Shown here piece after piece: positions 40,147 to 53,287 of a DNA stretch of 60,456 bases. The position numbers and the translations under genes were made by a program. The notes beneath the pieces are model-generated. The model saw only the letters and a program-made list of their open reading frames with translations. It made no database searches and was not told the origin of the DNA. The stretch spans positions 1-60,456 of the forward strand of contig JNEM01013504.1 of NCBI GenBank assembly GCA_000697335.1, written 5' to 3'. Source of the stretch: Conidiobolus incongruus B7586 (Eukaryota). Numbering within the stretch: the first letter of the stretch is position 1; each line of letters begins with the position of its first letter.

Positions 40147-40668
40147 TTAATAATCTTCAATACGTGTGAAACTTCTACCACCCTTAGGCTTGGTGATAAG
40201 CTTGGGGTTATTTTTAGAGAGAATTTGGAGGTCACGTTTGGCAAAATCAACTTCACAGTTGTGGTCAGTGGGGTATTTGTGTGAGTCACAGAAGACATAA
40301 TCACAGAGGCATTTGTTGATAGCTTGCTTGGCCAAAGGAATCTTGGCTCGACATGTCTTACAACGGCTCTTATTAGCAGTTTTCTTGGGAGCAGGGGCAT
40401 CTTCATCCTTGCTGAGATCAGCAGAGGGAACTTCGGTTTGGGCAGAAGCTTCAAGCTCCTTGAGAGCATCTGTTATTATAGTAGTAGGGACAGAGATAGA
40501 GGGAGCTTCCTTGTTCACCGAAGGAACAACAGCTGACTGAGCTTCAGGCTGAGAGCTCTTCTGTGTTTCTTTGAAACATTTAGAGCACATATTGTTGTAG
40601 ATTGGGTTGCCATAAAAACCACAGCCGTTGGCACAGAATTCAATAGTGTTGGTGCTTTTGTTTTCCAT
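40147..40668 (-). CDS. A20/AN1 zinc-finger protein (ZFAND5/6, stress-associated-protein-like), intronless
   Basis: A20 finger CANGCGFYGNP...MCSKC. AN1 finger RCKTC...CLCDYVFCDSHKYPTDHNC. C-terminal NNPK. Confidence 0.93.
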   Translation of the reverse strand: MENKSTNTIEFCANGCGFYGNPIYNNMCSKCFKETQKSSQPEAQSAVVPSVNKEAPSISVPTTIITDALKELEASAQTEVPSADLSKDEDAPAPKKTANKSRCKTCRAKIPLAKQAINKCLCDYVFCDSHKYPTDHNCEVDFAKRDLQILSKNNPKLITKPKGGRSFTRIEDY

Positions 40669-42751
40669 TATCAATAATTAAGCAGAATAAAATATAAAGA
40701 GTCTAATATACAAGAAGATAAATAATTACTAGAGCCGAACTCGAGAAGTAGTAAAAGAGGGAGAGTTAATAAAAGAAAAGATAGGAGATAAGGAATTAAT
40801 TTGAGAGCAGAGTGAGGAAAATCCTCCCTATTTATACTTCTCCGAGATATAACTAATTAGAAATCAATTCCAAATCAAGTCTCAGGTGATTCCAATTAGG
40901 GGAAAATTTAATTTGATTGGTTTCCTATTGGGGGGAAAGCTTCAACTTCTTTTAAAATTGAGGTGTTTGCCAATAAGCTTGCAGCTTTGCCATCAAACCC
41001 AAAAATTGAAAATTCATGCTACTTAATTAACAAAGAATGATTTGGGTTGATTTAAGGGGAAACTTAATGGAATGTTCATTTATGGATTGATATTGGATGC
41101 CTCGTGATTGTCTAGTTGAGCTTGAATGAGTTGAGGAAAGATCTCCTTAGTGATATTACACAAACTAACTCCGTTCAAGGCGAAGACAGGCAGTATTATT
41201 GATGAATTACTATTGAGAATTTCAATATGAAATCGAGAAAATTGCGGAATATTCTAGAGAAATGTGAAGTATGGGAGATACTGACTTCACTTCTACAACC
41301 AGATTGATAACGGATATCGATTTAAGTTATTTACGATTATGCAAGGATATCACCTCATTTTGCCCGATAACAAAATATTTGATTTTTAGCACATATTTTA
41401 ACAATATTTCATATTTGTAAAGGCGAATTCCTATTAGCGAGATGCTAATGGGAAAAGGTAATATTTTGAATTAGATAGCTCCCTGTATTTAACCAGTATA
41501 ATAAATTAATTACGGTAAGTTCTGTTAACCATACTGGATTTAGAAGTGATAGTGCCAAATGTTTAATGTACCAATTTTAGATTTGTTGAAATAAAAGACA
41601 ACTCCTCAAGTGTTTCTGGTATTTGTATCCTGGTAACGATCAATTTTCATACATCAAACCATATTCGTAAATTTTGGCAAGAATAATGAGATCAAATAAA
41701 TTATCGCTGATAGTAGGGCAAAAATTGAAAAATGTACGGCTTAATCATGTTGCCCAAGAGGCCAATTCATCCACATCGTTTGTACCCCAGAATTTGACCT
41801 GTTATAAATATCTTCCAATTTGATCAAACTGAATAATAATGAAAAATACAGCGGAATTCAGAGATCTAACCACTCCTAACAAATTTACTAAATCAGGTGA
41901 ATTCCACCCTTCATAATTTAAAACAAATCAACAACATTCAAATCAACCAATCAAATTCGTCCTCTTATTCCTAAACAAAAAATTTCACCAAAGAGTCTAC
42001 CTCGTAATTTATTCATAAAACTTCAGTTGTACAAATTGTTACAGGTTAGTTATGTACAACTATATTCTTAGTGTGATAAATTGTTAATAAATGGAATCCT
42101 TTTTAGTCTACGTCCGATGTCTGTTACTTCAATATATTTTAATAGTCAAATTCGTATCAAATTATTCAGAAATCTTATATAAAAAATCAAAATTTCATTT
42201 AGATTTGATTCAAACAAAATATAATCAAATCTTATAGAATCAAATTCAATTTAAATGGCAAAAGTATGATAGAGTAGTCAATATTGTTAAATCAAAAAAG
42301 GATAATTGATTTTAAAGAAATGGAAAGGATATAAATTAAATTAAAAATGAAGGGATTATTTTGGATTTATTAGTAATAATGAAAAGGGTGTTAATATCTT
42401 TAATTTGTAATGGATAACTTGATTAAAAATCAAACTTCAAATCCCTTTTCAATATTCTAAAGCAGTCCAATATATGATTTAAAATTATCAGTAATTATTA
42501 ATAATATTAATCAGATTATCCTGTTGTTTCGAATTGGGATAAAATCAATTATCTTGATAAACCTGATGATTCACTCAACAAATTGCTTTTGATGCAGTTT
42601 TATTCTAAATAGCATTAGGTTCTTTCAATTTCATCTCTTGGATTTGGTAATTTTTAATTGTTTAAATCAACAATTATTAAGGTTTATATATAGTAAAATA
42701 TCCCATAATTATTTCTACTAATTGATTGATTATTTATTATAATATTTTGAT

Positions 42752-43182
42752 GTCACAAATTTATGAGAAAAAGAGAAGTGTAGAGAGATGAAGTTCACAA
42801 ATGGTTTCAAAATCTATTGTCTCTTGACATTTCAGCACGGGTTTGAGTGTCTTGTTTCGGGCACGAGTTCATTGATAAGTGGACAGGTGCCGGAGCTTCC
42901 TGCACAAGTGATCAATACTGCTACGCTCGAACTGAAGATTTTGGATGCTGGGCTGATTTAGCCCAGTGTTCCTTAAAAACTGAAGACTTTTTCTCAGCGC
43001 GCATACAAATATGTGCTTTTCGGTGACGAATTTTCAAGCACACGCGCTTTACTGTAGATTGGTCACATTATAGAATGGGCGTGGTATACCCGAAGATGGA
43101 CCGATTGATGTACAACTGTTGCTTGAGTGTGGCGCAGTTGGAATCCTCAGCACTCATTGGCCATTAGTAGTCACAAATTTAT
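42752..43182 (+). other. GC-rich structured island bounded by 13-bp direct repeats GTCACAAATTTAT; candidate ncRNA or short mobile insertion
   Basis: Repeats at 42752-42764 and 43170-43182. Three sampled 60-nt lines are 40-52% GC against very AT-rich flanks. Several long G.U-containing stems on the + strand. No recognisable ORF. Confidence 0.6.
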
Positions 43183-44982
43183 TTTTTTTTCTCTATAATC
43201 TATCCTTCAATCAATATACATATCAAATCACTGTATCAATATAATAATCCAATAAATAATACACATTTCATTAGCATAATAGGCATTTAATACTACTTTC
43301 ATTTCTTAATTCTACATCCAACGATGATACTATCTATATCATCAAACTAATTGTTCTAGTTAATGATTCATTGTTTTTAAAAGTATTTTGAGTTAATTTG
43401 ATTTAAAATATGAAATTTAATCTTTGGTTTTAAATTTAAAGTGATTTAATATCACCTCCCAAAAGTTAATATTCAATCCCCAACCAAAATCCAAAGCTTT
43501 TAAATGATTTTTCAATTATTTATTATATTTTTAACATTACTTTGATTATAATATTATATATATATATATATGATATAATCAATTCTCAACAAAATAAATT
43601 TAAATCAATATAACTATTTGAATAATAATTTATATAATAATATTTATGATACAATCCTGATTTTTTTTTTCAAGTATCATTAATATTAAAATTTGTACGA
43701 AAAAATTACTGTTTGAATTAAATATTTATTTAATAATGTTTGAAAATCGAAAAAAATCAATTTATAAAAAAATATGCTTAATATGAAACTAATAATTGTT
43801 CGATATCAACTTTGTTATATTAGATTCCAAAATATACTATAATCAGTTAAATTGACGAAAAGTAACTATTCTCATTAAAAAAACAAAATTAAAAATTCTA
43901 ACAAATGATGATTTCATAAAAGATGATTTCATAAGTTAACCTTACTTCCCCAAAAATTCGGTTGGATTCGGTACCAACATTCAAAAACCTTGGTCAGATT
44001 CAAGTTTTCAATTTGGCATGAAAAGCGATCGCTATATTGGCCAATCAGTTTCAATATTCCAAATAATGATAATTATTTCGTTAATTTGATGCATGGTATA
44101 TGATCATTCAGGGAGATTTTAGAGTCACTTTTTTAGAATTAAGGATATTTGTCCATTTTGAAAATCAATATGTTAAAGAGATTAAATTTTTGATTGTTTA
44201 GTAGGATTATCCCCAATTAATAAATTTTTGATACTGTAAATAGCTATTTATATTAGAAAAAAAACTAAATAACAATACAAAAAATCTTTGAATTAATTTC
44301 AATATAATATAATATAATATTATTTTAATGAATCCAAACTTCAACTATTTCGAATAAAATCAAATAATATTTTCGAACAATTTTCATAATAATTACAAAT
44401 TTTTTATATAATTAGTGATAATGGATCGTATACATAATCTTTAGTGCATGATAACAAAGATTAATCTATTTAACTTTAAAGATACTGTTAAAGTTTAAAA
44501 AGAGGATTATGGATATGGAAACCAAATAATAATTGAATGTTAAATGGTTTTATTGGTTAATAAAAATATTCAATATATATTATTATCCAATGATAAATAT
44601 AAAGTAATTTTATTATTTTTAAATTAATGCTTGAAAATATCAATATCAATAATTGATCATTTATTTTATTATTTTTTTTGGGGAGAATAAGAATTTATTA
44701 GACTTTAAGACTAATATATCTTCCGTCCTCAAAATTGAGACGTATTAAAATGTGGGATTAAATTCCATATTCTTCAATATGTTATTTTATTATTTTTTGA
44801 AAATTATTTTAAATGTTGGTTAATTCCAAATGGAATATTACGGGATTTGAATTTTAGACGAATTTAAATTTGTTTTTTATAGTACAGATGATTAAAAAGT
44901 AATCAAAAATGTTAGTAATTTTGATAAAGATGAGTTAGTAATTAGAGCGATAATAATCAGAATAGCGATAGGGATTGATAGG

Positions 44983-46819
44983 TTACAATGATGAGGATTT
45001 CATCAATTCGTAAGCAATTTGAAGTCTGAAATGTTGAATGTGGGATTGGCAAAAGTGGAGAGGGTGGTCCAACGACAAAAAATTAGCAAACATACACGCA
45101 AATACACCACAGTCGTAGCTATTGCGCTGCTGGGGCATTTTTTCAGATCCTTCGAAAGTAAAATACGACCAGTCAAATGGGATATTGTATTTTGCCATAT
45201 GTTCGTTGTTGATGTATTGTTTCAGATTCTAATAGATTGTTAGATTAAGCATTACTCATAAAGATTTTCTCACCTGAAAAATGGGATCAGGATTGCCGGT
45301 CAACGAATCTAAGTAGCTAATTCTCTTTTGTTTAAAATCTATACAAGCCATAGCCCAGTGCATATCGTGGATATTAATGGGAATGATCACTTTATCCTTT
45401 TCAAAGATATTGGTCTGAAATATTCAAATATTATATTAAAATAATACATATTATAATATGTATGTTAAATATTACCTTTTTAGTCCATTTAGCCACTGTG
45501 TTATATCCCCTAGTCTCCAACTTTTTATAGAAAAAAGTATTAAATACGTGAACTTGGGGAATATCTTCATTTTGAGAATTATCAGATCTCGCTTGAATCA
45601 AAGTGCAGTAAGAGTTGATAATCTCGTCGTTGAGCCAAGTAGAATCTTGTAATGTACCAAGATCTCTGGAAGTGACCGAGTTTTTGCTAGTTACTTGAAA
45701 TTCTCTGCTTACTATTAATGCATTTTTGAACTATAATGGGATAAATTAATATAATTTAGCAACGATCTTTGAGTAATAATATACCATAATTCTTGCTTCT
45801 TCTGGTAAAATTCGGAATAAAGGAGAAGGCTAAAAAATATATTAGTGTCATTGTAATACATAGAAATGATTAAATATATAAATAATGTTATAAATTAAAA
45901 ATTCTTATTAAAACTTGTCAACTCACTTGATGAAAAGGATTCTTAACCTAAATCAAACAAAATATTTATAAAAATTATATAAATAATTCAACTTTTTTAA
46001 ACTTACCGGTATAGGGGTGTAAGTAGTTCTTTCATAATAAGAATAGGGAGATTCCAATCTAGAATAATATAATTCAATCATCAAATTAATCTATTGTCAA
46101 TGCAAAAATCTTACCTTTTAATACCAAAGTTATATTTCTCAAATTTAATATTAATATCTTGAATTTGAATTTCGTTAGTTGGAATAGGTTCCACTTTGAT
46201 TGAAGATTGATAAAGTGAAGGAGTGCACTCATTAATAAAATCTATACATAGTGAATTATAAATAAAATTTATTAGAGCCAAAAATAAAATTATCACCTTT
46301 GATTAATTGTTTATTCTTCTCATAGGCAACTTGTCTCTTAAGCTTATCTTTATGACCTGAATCAAGTAAAATACTTGATAAAACTTGAGATTTGTCGAGT
46401 CGTTGAAATGCAGATTTACCAACCCTTCCTGTCTTAATATCAAGTTTAGAATCTTTATTTCTAGTACTATTCTTTTCAGCATCTTCTAACATCTTTTTAT
46501 ACTCTTCAAAGCTCAACAACTTGGGAGGTGGATAAATTTCTGGAAAAGCTTCAGGGTTCATAATGGGAATACGTGTATCGCCATTTAATTGGTTGAGTTG
46601 AATGTAGTTGAGCAAACTTTCCGTAATGCGAGGGGTTAATCTTTTAGGATCTTCGGCTCCAAATTGTCGTAGTAAATTAGCGGCTTCTGCTACAGTTAAA
46701 TTTTCTATAAGTTAAATTTTCTATAGCGGGTGGTGGAGGTGGAGGTGAAGGTTCTGGTATTGTATATTGAAATTCTTCTGAAACAGCAATTGGTTCAATT
46801 TTTTCAATTTCATTTTCAT
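44983..46819 (-). CDS. Ulp1/SENP1-like SUMO protease (C48), 8 exons. Catalytic domain intact; 5' end disrupted, first usable in-frame ATG at 46561
   Basis: Spliced WLNDEIINSY, HVFNTFFYKKL...VAKWTKK, IIPINIHDMHW, YLDSL and PQQRNSYDCGVFAC. A 16-bp tandem duplication at 46694-46725 breaks the N-terminal frame. Confidence 0.85.
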
Positions 46820-48323
46820 TTTAAAAGTTTGAATAACTTGGAATTTATTTTGATTTAATTCACATAATTTAGTTTCATTTTGTTTATATTGGTCAAAGTC
46901 AATTGGATAAAAAATTTGTTAAAATGTATTTTTACAATACCGAGCTATAATTGATATCATTTTTACTATTACAATTTTGATATTTGACTCAGTTGATTGA
47001 ATGTTATCAATATGGTAATTTGAATCCTTAGTTGTTTTTGTATTTAAATAGTGTTTGAATACGAAAATTTTTAATGGGATTGAATATTGGATAAATTAAT
47101 TAATCAAAGTTAGGACAAAAAAGAGTAAATATTGTAAAATCAAGTAATAACAAAATTTTTGAAATAGTGACTGTGTTATTAGAATTTGATTAGTTAGAAT
47201 TTCCAAATTTAGAAATTAAATATATCAATTGTATAAAAAATGATTAGAAACTATCGAATAGTTGGTATAACATTATAGATGTCTAGTGAGCTTTAATAAA
47301 TTTATATAAAAATAATCGATATTAGAATTTTTTGATAATTAAAATCCAAAAAAACAGAGAATATATACAATAGGAAAAATATAAAATTAAATTTATTAAT
47401 TTATATTTTAAAATATGTTTTGATGTATTAAAGATAAAAATATTTGAACATTTTAATTAATTCAATCTGAAAAAAATTATTACCAAAGTTTGGATTAGAT
47501 ATTGAACTAGGCATTATACATTCTTGATTATTAATATGTCAAATAAAATATTTATTCAACAGATGTTAAATATTTATATTTAATTTTTTTTAATAAATAT
47601 TATTTAATATTAGCTATTTGTTGATTAATGCTTTGCTTAATAAAAATTCATTTAAGATTTTTGAATATGAACAATTGAATAATAAATATATAATATTCTT
47701 TAAAAATATATATTTCTAATATGTATCAAATCATGCTAAATATGCGTATTTAAAGATATATAATTTATTATCAATATAGCGCGATAGTTTAGAAATATCT
47801 GTCTGAAATCCAAATATAAATTCTATAAATTTATATCTAATATCTTTAGACTAAATATTCAATTTAGTAAGATTAATATCAATACTATTAATTTGTATAT
47901 GTATATTAATGAAAACTTAAATTCCAATTTAAAATAACTTGTACTTTTCAATTATGATGTCATGAAATAGCAATAATTTTATAATAATACATGAAAAATT
48001 TACTAATTTTCATTCAAAATATAATTTTTGAATTTAAAAAAATTATAAAAATTTTAATTTATACATATCTCAAAATATTTTATTTTATATAGAATAAATT
48101 TAAGTATTAAATAATAATCGGTAAAGATTATATAAATCGCATGAAAGTAAAATAATACAATATTCTGATGAAACTATAAACGAACATATTATAATAAAAT
48201 CATAATAATAATAATAAGACTTTTATTAGATCAAAAATATATACTACAAAATCTTTTTAATAATGATCAAATTATTAAAATTAAATCAAAAACTTAATCT
48301 AAATAAAATTATACCATATCTAA

Positions 48324-50337
48324 CTAACAAAATTGTTCACTTAATATCAGTTGATCAATACCCATTTCATACTTCTTGGGATTGTGGTCACTGATCATCG
48401 TGCTTCCAAATTTGATCTCTGCAAAGTATTCTTCAATGTGATCAACTCTGTGGAGCATCGTTTGACTGGAAGTATCTTTGGGTAAGATGACGTAAACGTT
48501 GCCGGGTGGGTATAGTTTTTCTGACTGCATGTCAGCTCGCATGGTTTTAATAAGCGATAAGAACCATGGGTAGGGATCGAAGCTGTGACTCTCCTCCTTA
48601 ATCTCATCTTTGGGAATGTAGCTCCAGTGATTTGATTTGAACCAGAAAACCCTTTTTAGGATTGTCCTGACAAGTTTTGGTTCAACGGACAGGGAATCGG
48701 AGATATTTTTGAAGTCTCTGATGAGACCCAGGGAAATGTAGGGCACACAGTCCATATTATAAATGATAGATGTAACCAATCCTTGAGTGTATTGAATGCC
48801 ATCAAGATTGAAGCATCCCATCGTACCGTAAGTGTAGCAGTGGATTGGCCGATTTACAGGTAGTCCACTCTCCTCACTTGTGAGGAACAAGTTGGGAGCG
48901 GCGCATTTAGACCAGAGAACTGATAACAAACTTGCAACACCGCCACCTAATGAGTGACCACAAAGTGTGAGGGAGTATTTTGGATAATCTTCCAGTGCTT
49001 TGCGAACTGAGCACAGTAATTGAGAATTTGGTGCAGATAATTTTTTAGCACATTTAAGAGCACCTGAATGAGTGAAAAATTCGCAGTATGGTGTCTTCAC
49101 GGGTTCATAGTCGCACACCAGATCCGTGATCAAATCTGAAAGCCCCAAAGTGCCTCGACATGCTACAACTACAGATTTAAGACGATGGTCGATGCATACA
49201 TAGTGGACAATTTCTCCTTGGCTAAGTGGTGACGAGTATACAATGGAATCCTCCGTAAGCTCCAAATGTAGCTGGAAATGTATGGTAGATGACGGTGTGT
49301 GATTAAGCAAGTCATGCCACCTGTCATTTCCAATCCCAAACCATCGCATAAAGCTCAGTCCGTAGGAAGCGGAGGAGTACCGCATGAACCGCTGGATTAA
49401 AAATGCTTTGCATTGTATCGATTGAACATCAAAATGATCATGATAATTAGTTGATAGTGAGCAGTTGGAAGAGCATAACACTAGCTCGTTGTGTAGAGCT
49501 TCATTTTCAGTCGATTCATTGGTGATCAAGAACCTAGTGGGATAAGTGATGCACTTTTTAGATCCCTTATAATATTGATCCAATTTCAGCTTCTTAGCAG
49601 TCTCTGTAGGAGGTGAATCTGACGTAACTAACTGTAGGAACATATAAGCTGTTAGGGCTTTGGTTAATCTTGGAATAAAGCTATCAGAATTTGCCGAAGA
49701 ATGGTTATAAAACTCTCGATCAGTTAACGTGATAAGGGTTGCTAAAGCTTGTGAAGTCTCTGTTGACCCGAAGATCGCATCAATTATAGCCACTGATTCA
49801 TGCGCTAGCTAGATTAAAGGAGTTGGCTTGAGTTGATTAGATGATTAGTTGATTAGTGCATAACATACCCACAGACTACCATTTACCACCCTTTCAACAA
49901 GGGTGAATCCCGAAATGGTAAATAACTCCATAAGGGTGAATGTGGAGTGAATAAACTTAATCCCAGTCTCTGTATCTTTGTGCCAGTTTGCCGGGATGAG
50001 CTTTTTTTCATCAGGACTAAGTAGCTTGGTTAGTATTAATGTGATCTTTAAGAATTGATTAATTTATTGCAGCATACCTAATGGTGACACAGGAGCTAAT
50101 AGTGGATGATAGCAGTAGCTTCACACGTCGATCTTGAGCCAATTTCAACAGATTGATCAAATACGACCGGGTGTGCTCCATGAAGTCAATGGTGACGGAT
50201 TGTAAAGGAAGCCACACCTTGTCCAGCCACAAATAAACTGTGCCAATACTCAGCTGAAGCAGCTTAGCTATTTGGGACACTAATACGGCGTTTTTAGGAT
50301 CTAACAAATATCGCGACGTAAGTGCACCGCCATTCAT
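48324..50337 (-). CDS. Class-3 lipase / diacylglycerol-lipase-like alpha/beta hydrolase, about 3 exons
   Basis: VVACRGTLGLSDLITD, HSG, CGHSLGGG nucleophile elbow, DCVP, KLYPPG and MISDH. Upstream exons near 50337-50078 and ~50016-49869. Confidence 0.85.
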
Positions 50338-52472
50338 CTATGGATTATCACTTGGTGATACTATTTGAAATAGTATATTGAAGGAATAGAAGTAAAGAAT
50401 TAATTAAAATTAATCAAAAGATGAAGATTAGAAATTTTTTTTCAATAGCAGTAGTTAATTTAACTCCCTTAAGCCCCTTAATCAATTTAAATGTCGTCAA
50501 TTGTAGAATTGAATAGGATGGGACTATCACTTGAATAGTTAACTAAATTATCCTAGGTGAATCTAAGTTATCACAGTTTGATAAATATATATATTCTGTA
50601 TAATCTAGAATCTTTTAATTCCACAGTATTTATTATTGCTATTAGTTTTAAGTACCGATATTTTCCAAATCTCAGAATGACCAAATTAATAAATCCAAAG
50701 TTATTTTGAAATATATCTGATAAATTAAGAAATTGATCAAATTAATAAAAAACTCAGTTCACCAAGATCCAAGTGTTCTTTATATACTAGATAATGATAT
50801 ATTAATTTAATTAGAATAAGTCACAGAATATTTTGTATGTAATCACTCAAAAATATGATCAAAGCTAATTTTTCAAAATTGAAATTAAGGAATAAAAAAG
50901 GTAACTAATCTAACTGGTCCAATCAATCATATTCCTTTATTGTTTAAATATTTGAGTTTGAAGACCAACAGTCCCATTAAATCATAATAGTAGTTATTTT
51001 TAAAGAATATTAATATTGTATTTGATTAATCTTCGACCAATTATGTTTTTACAATTGTTTGTATTGTTAATCTTGTTGATTTCAGAGGTTTAAGTGATGT
51101 TATTAGGATTACTGATGCTCAATTCATTGTTTTCAATATATATTCATCTGTTTAGTGAATAACTTGATCGTTTGTAACGTTAAATCAACATGACGGCGGA
51201 TTTGAAGAGGTTGACTCACTATAATGAAATATGTGGTAGGAATGAATACTTGATAATAAACAACTGGTAATACAAAATGAAGATAATATTTAAATTAATT
51301 TGTAATGATACTCATTCAAAATAATATCCATTTATTCATTCATCATAAAAAGAATAAAATTGGCTAATATTTTATTTTTATTATTTTATATTTTCACACC
51401 TTTTCAATGCTTTTATACTTCCAATCAATATTAATTATTTCAAACTCGCAAAGAAATCAAAGTTATTTTGTACTCAACCCAAAAAATACAAACAATCAGA
51501 TGTAACAATATAAAAACCTATTTCTCAAAACACACTCATCCTCTGATTTTAACAATTTAAGTGATGTAAAACTAGCGTCTCTTAGACTATCAAATGAACT
51601 GAAATTGATCACATATTCATAATAAATGTTATTTAGCTTATTCAGTTTTGGCACTTTGAATTAGCCAAAATTCTAGAGTTTAATACAATGATCAATTCTT
51701 ACTCGGAATTGTTATTTGGATTTGAATAGTCTATCATATTGGAAGTAAATAAGAATTCTATATTTTGTTGCAAAATTTTCACCCAAAATTTCCATTTTTT
51801 TATTTTTTAACTATAAATTCTTTTAATACCTATTTTAAGGAATTGTTGGTTGAATTCAGTTAATAAACAATGATAATTAAAAATGAAAAGGTACAGATTC
51901 CAGATTAAATTATATTATTTTTAAATTATTGCAGTTGAATTAAATTTTGAGAATAATGATTATATTTTTGAATTAAATGATATTAATAATATTTCAAACT
52001 ATAATCAAATCAACATGAATATACTATTAATTAAAGAGAGTTTTATAATTATGCATCATCCCAGTTATTAATAAATCAGAGTTTACATACTAGAAATATT
52101 AAGATATTGTTCTAATCCAACATATCTTCAAGAATCTATTGGAAAAACAAATATTAAATTATTCAAGTACAAATACCAAATGCTTGTATTGATTATAATA
52201 ATATCATTATATTATATTTTTTATATCCTTTAGGTAACCAATATCGCAATTTAAATTGCTAAATTTCCTTTTTTTAATAATTAGTTTGTCAAAAATTTAC
52301 TCAGATTCCATATTTCGAATAATTGCCAAAGATTGATTTTAATTGACAAGATATTGATTATTAAAAAAATCACCAACTAATAAAAATATAATATTAATAT
52401 TAATATATACTGACAATTTGATGTTAAATTTTTTTAAAAGATCAAATTAACTCTTAAATATCCAAGTAACAA

Positions 52473-52482
52473 ATGACGTCAT
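52473..52482. promoter_or_regulatory. ATF/CRE palindrome ATGACGTCAT upstream of the rhodanese gene
   Basis: Perfect 10-bp palindrome ~170 bp before the ATG in otherwise AT-rich DNA. Confidence 0.4.
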
Positions 52483-52647
52483 AAATAATTATAATGACTT
52501 CATTTTAAAAATTGATCAAATGATATAGATATAAAATTCCCATAAATAAATTTAATAAAATTAAAATATAATATAAATTACTAATTTAAATACAAATAAA
52601 TAATTTAAAATATAATCACAATTAATTCAAATATCTATTTATTAAAT

Positions 52648-53145
52648 ATGTTAAAATACGCTAAAAACTTCAATTTAATTAGACGTTCTATTAGATTCAA
52701 CACCGCTCAATATCAGTACCAATATCAATATCAGATTAGTCGTAATTTTACTTATTCAAGATCATTCTTAAATGTTCAAACTTTACCTATTGTCGAGATT
52801 GACGAACTCGTCAAAGTCATTAATAATGAATCTGGTACCAAAGCCACGTTAATCGACGTTAGGGAAGTACACGAACATAAGGAAGGAGCAATCCCCACCG
52901 CAAAATTGGTTCCCATTGGCGAGTTGGAATCCGCTTTAAAGCTCGATACCAAAGAATTCGAAAGCAAGTACGGCTTCAAGAAACCCTCCCCCGAAGATCC
53001 CATTATTTTTCACTGTCGCTCCGGTGTCAGAAGTCAGAAAGCTACGGAATTAGCTACTCAATTGGGCTTTAAAAATTCTAGAAATTATAAGGGTAGTTAT
53101 CTCGAATTCTCTCAGAAGCAACCACATTTAATTGTTAAAAATTAA
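52648..53145 (+). CDS. Single-domain rhodanese / thiosulfate sulfurtransferase (Rdl-like), predicted mitochondrial
   Basis: LIDVRE..E...GAIP, active-site loop FHCRSGVRS, NYKGS and an Arg-rich presequence. Confidence 0.93.
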   Translation: MLKYAKNFNLIRRSIRFNTAQYQYQYQYQISRNFTYSRSFLNVQTLPIVEIDELVKVINNESGTKATLIDVREVHEHKEGAIPTAKLVPIGELESALKLDTKEFESKYGFKKPSPEDPIIFHCRSGVRSQKATELATQLGFKNSRNYKGSYLEFSQKQPHLIVKN

Positions 53146-53287
53146 TTATTATTAAATCCAACCTTTTAATAATCTATTATTTATATTTTTTTATTTAAAT
53201 TTGAGTTACAAGATGATATTATATAATGAATCGAATTTATTTTGAAATTTAAATATTTTTTTAAAAAAAGTTTATTAATTAAAAGAA

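Noticed and set aside
42765..43170. Assigning the island to RNase P/MRP, SRP, snR30/U17, a hammerhead ribozyme or a selenoprotein
   Set aside because: Partial look-alikes (TTCGGTG, ACCGATT, AAACCAT on the - strand, CTGAAGA twice, in-frame TGAs) lack the required partner motifs and spacing.
10467..46819. Apparent ubiquitin/SUMO cluster (F-box, two Ulp proteases, cullin-1, A20/AN1)
   Set aside because: The genes are scattered among unrelated ones over 36 kb and belong to large families. Chance is sufficient without synteny evidence.
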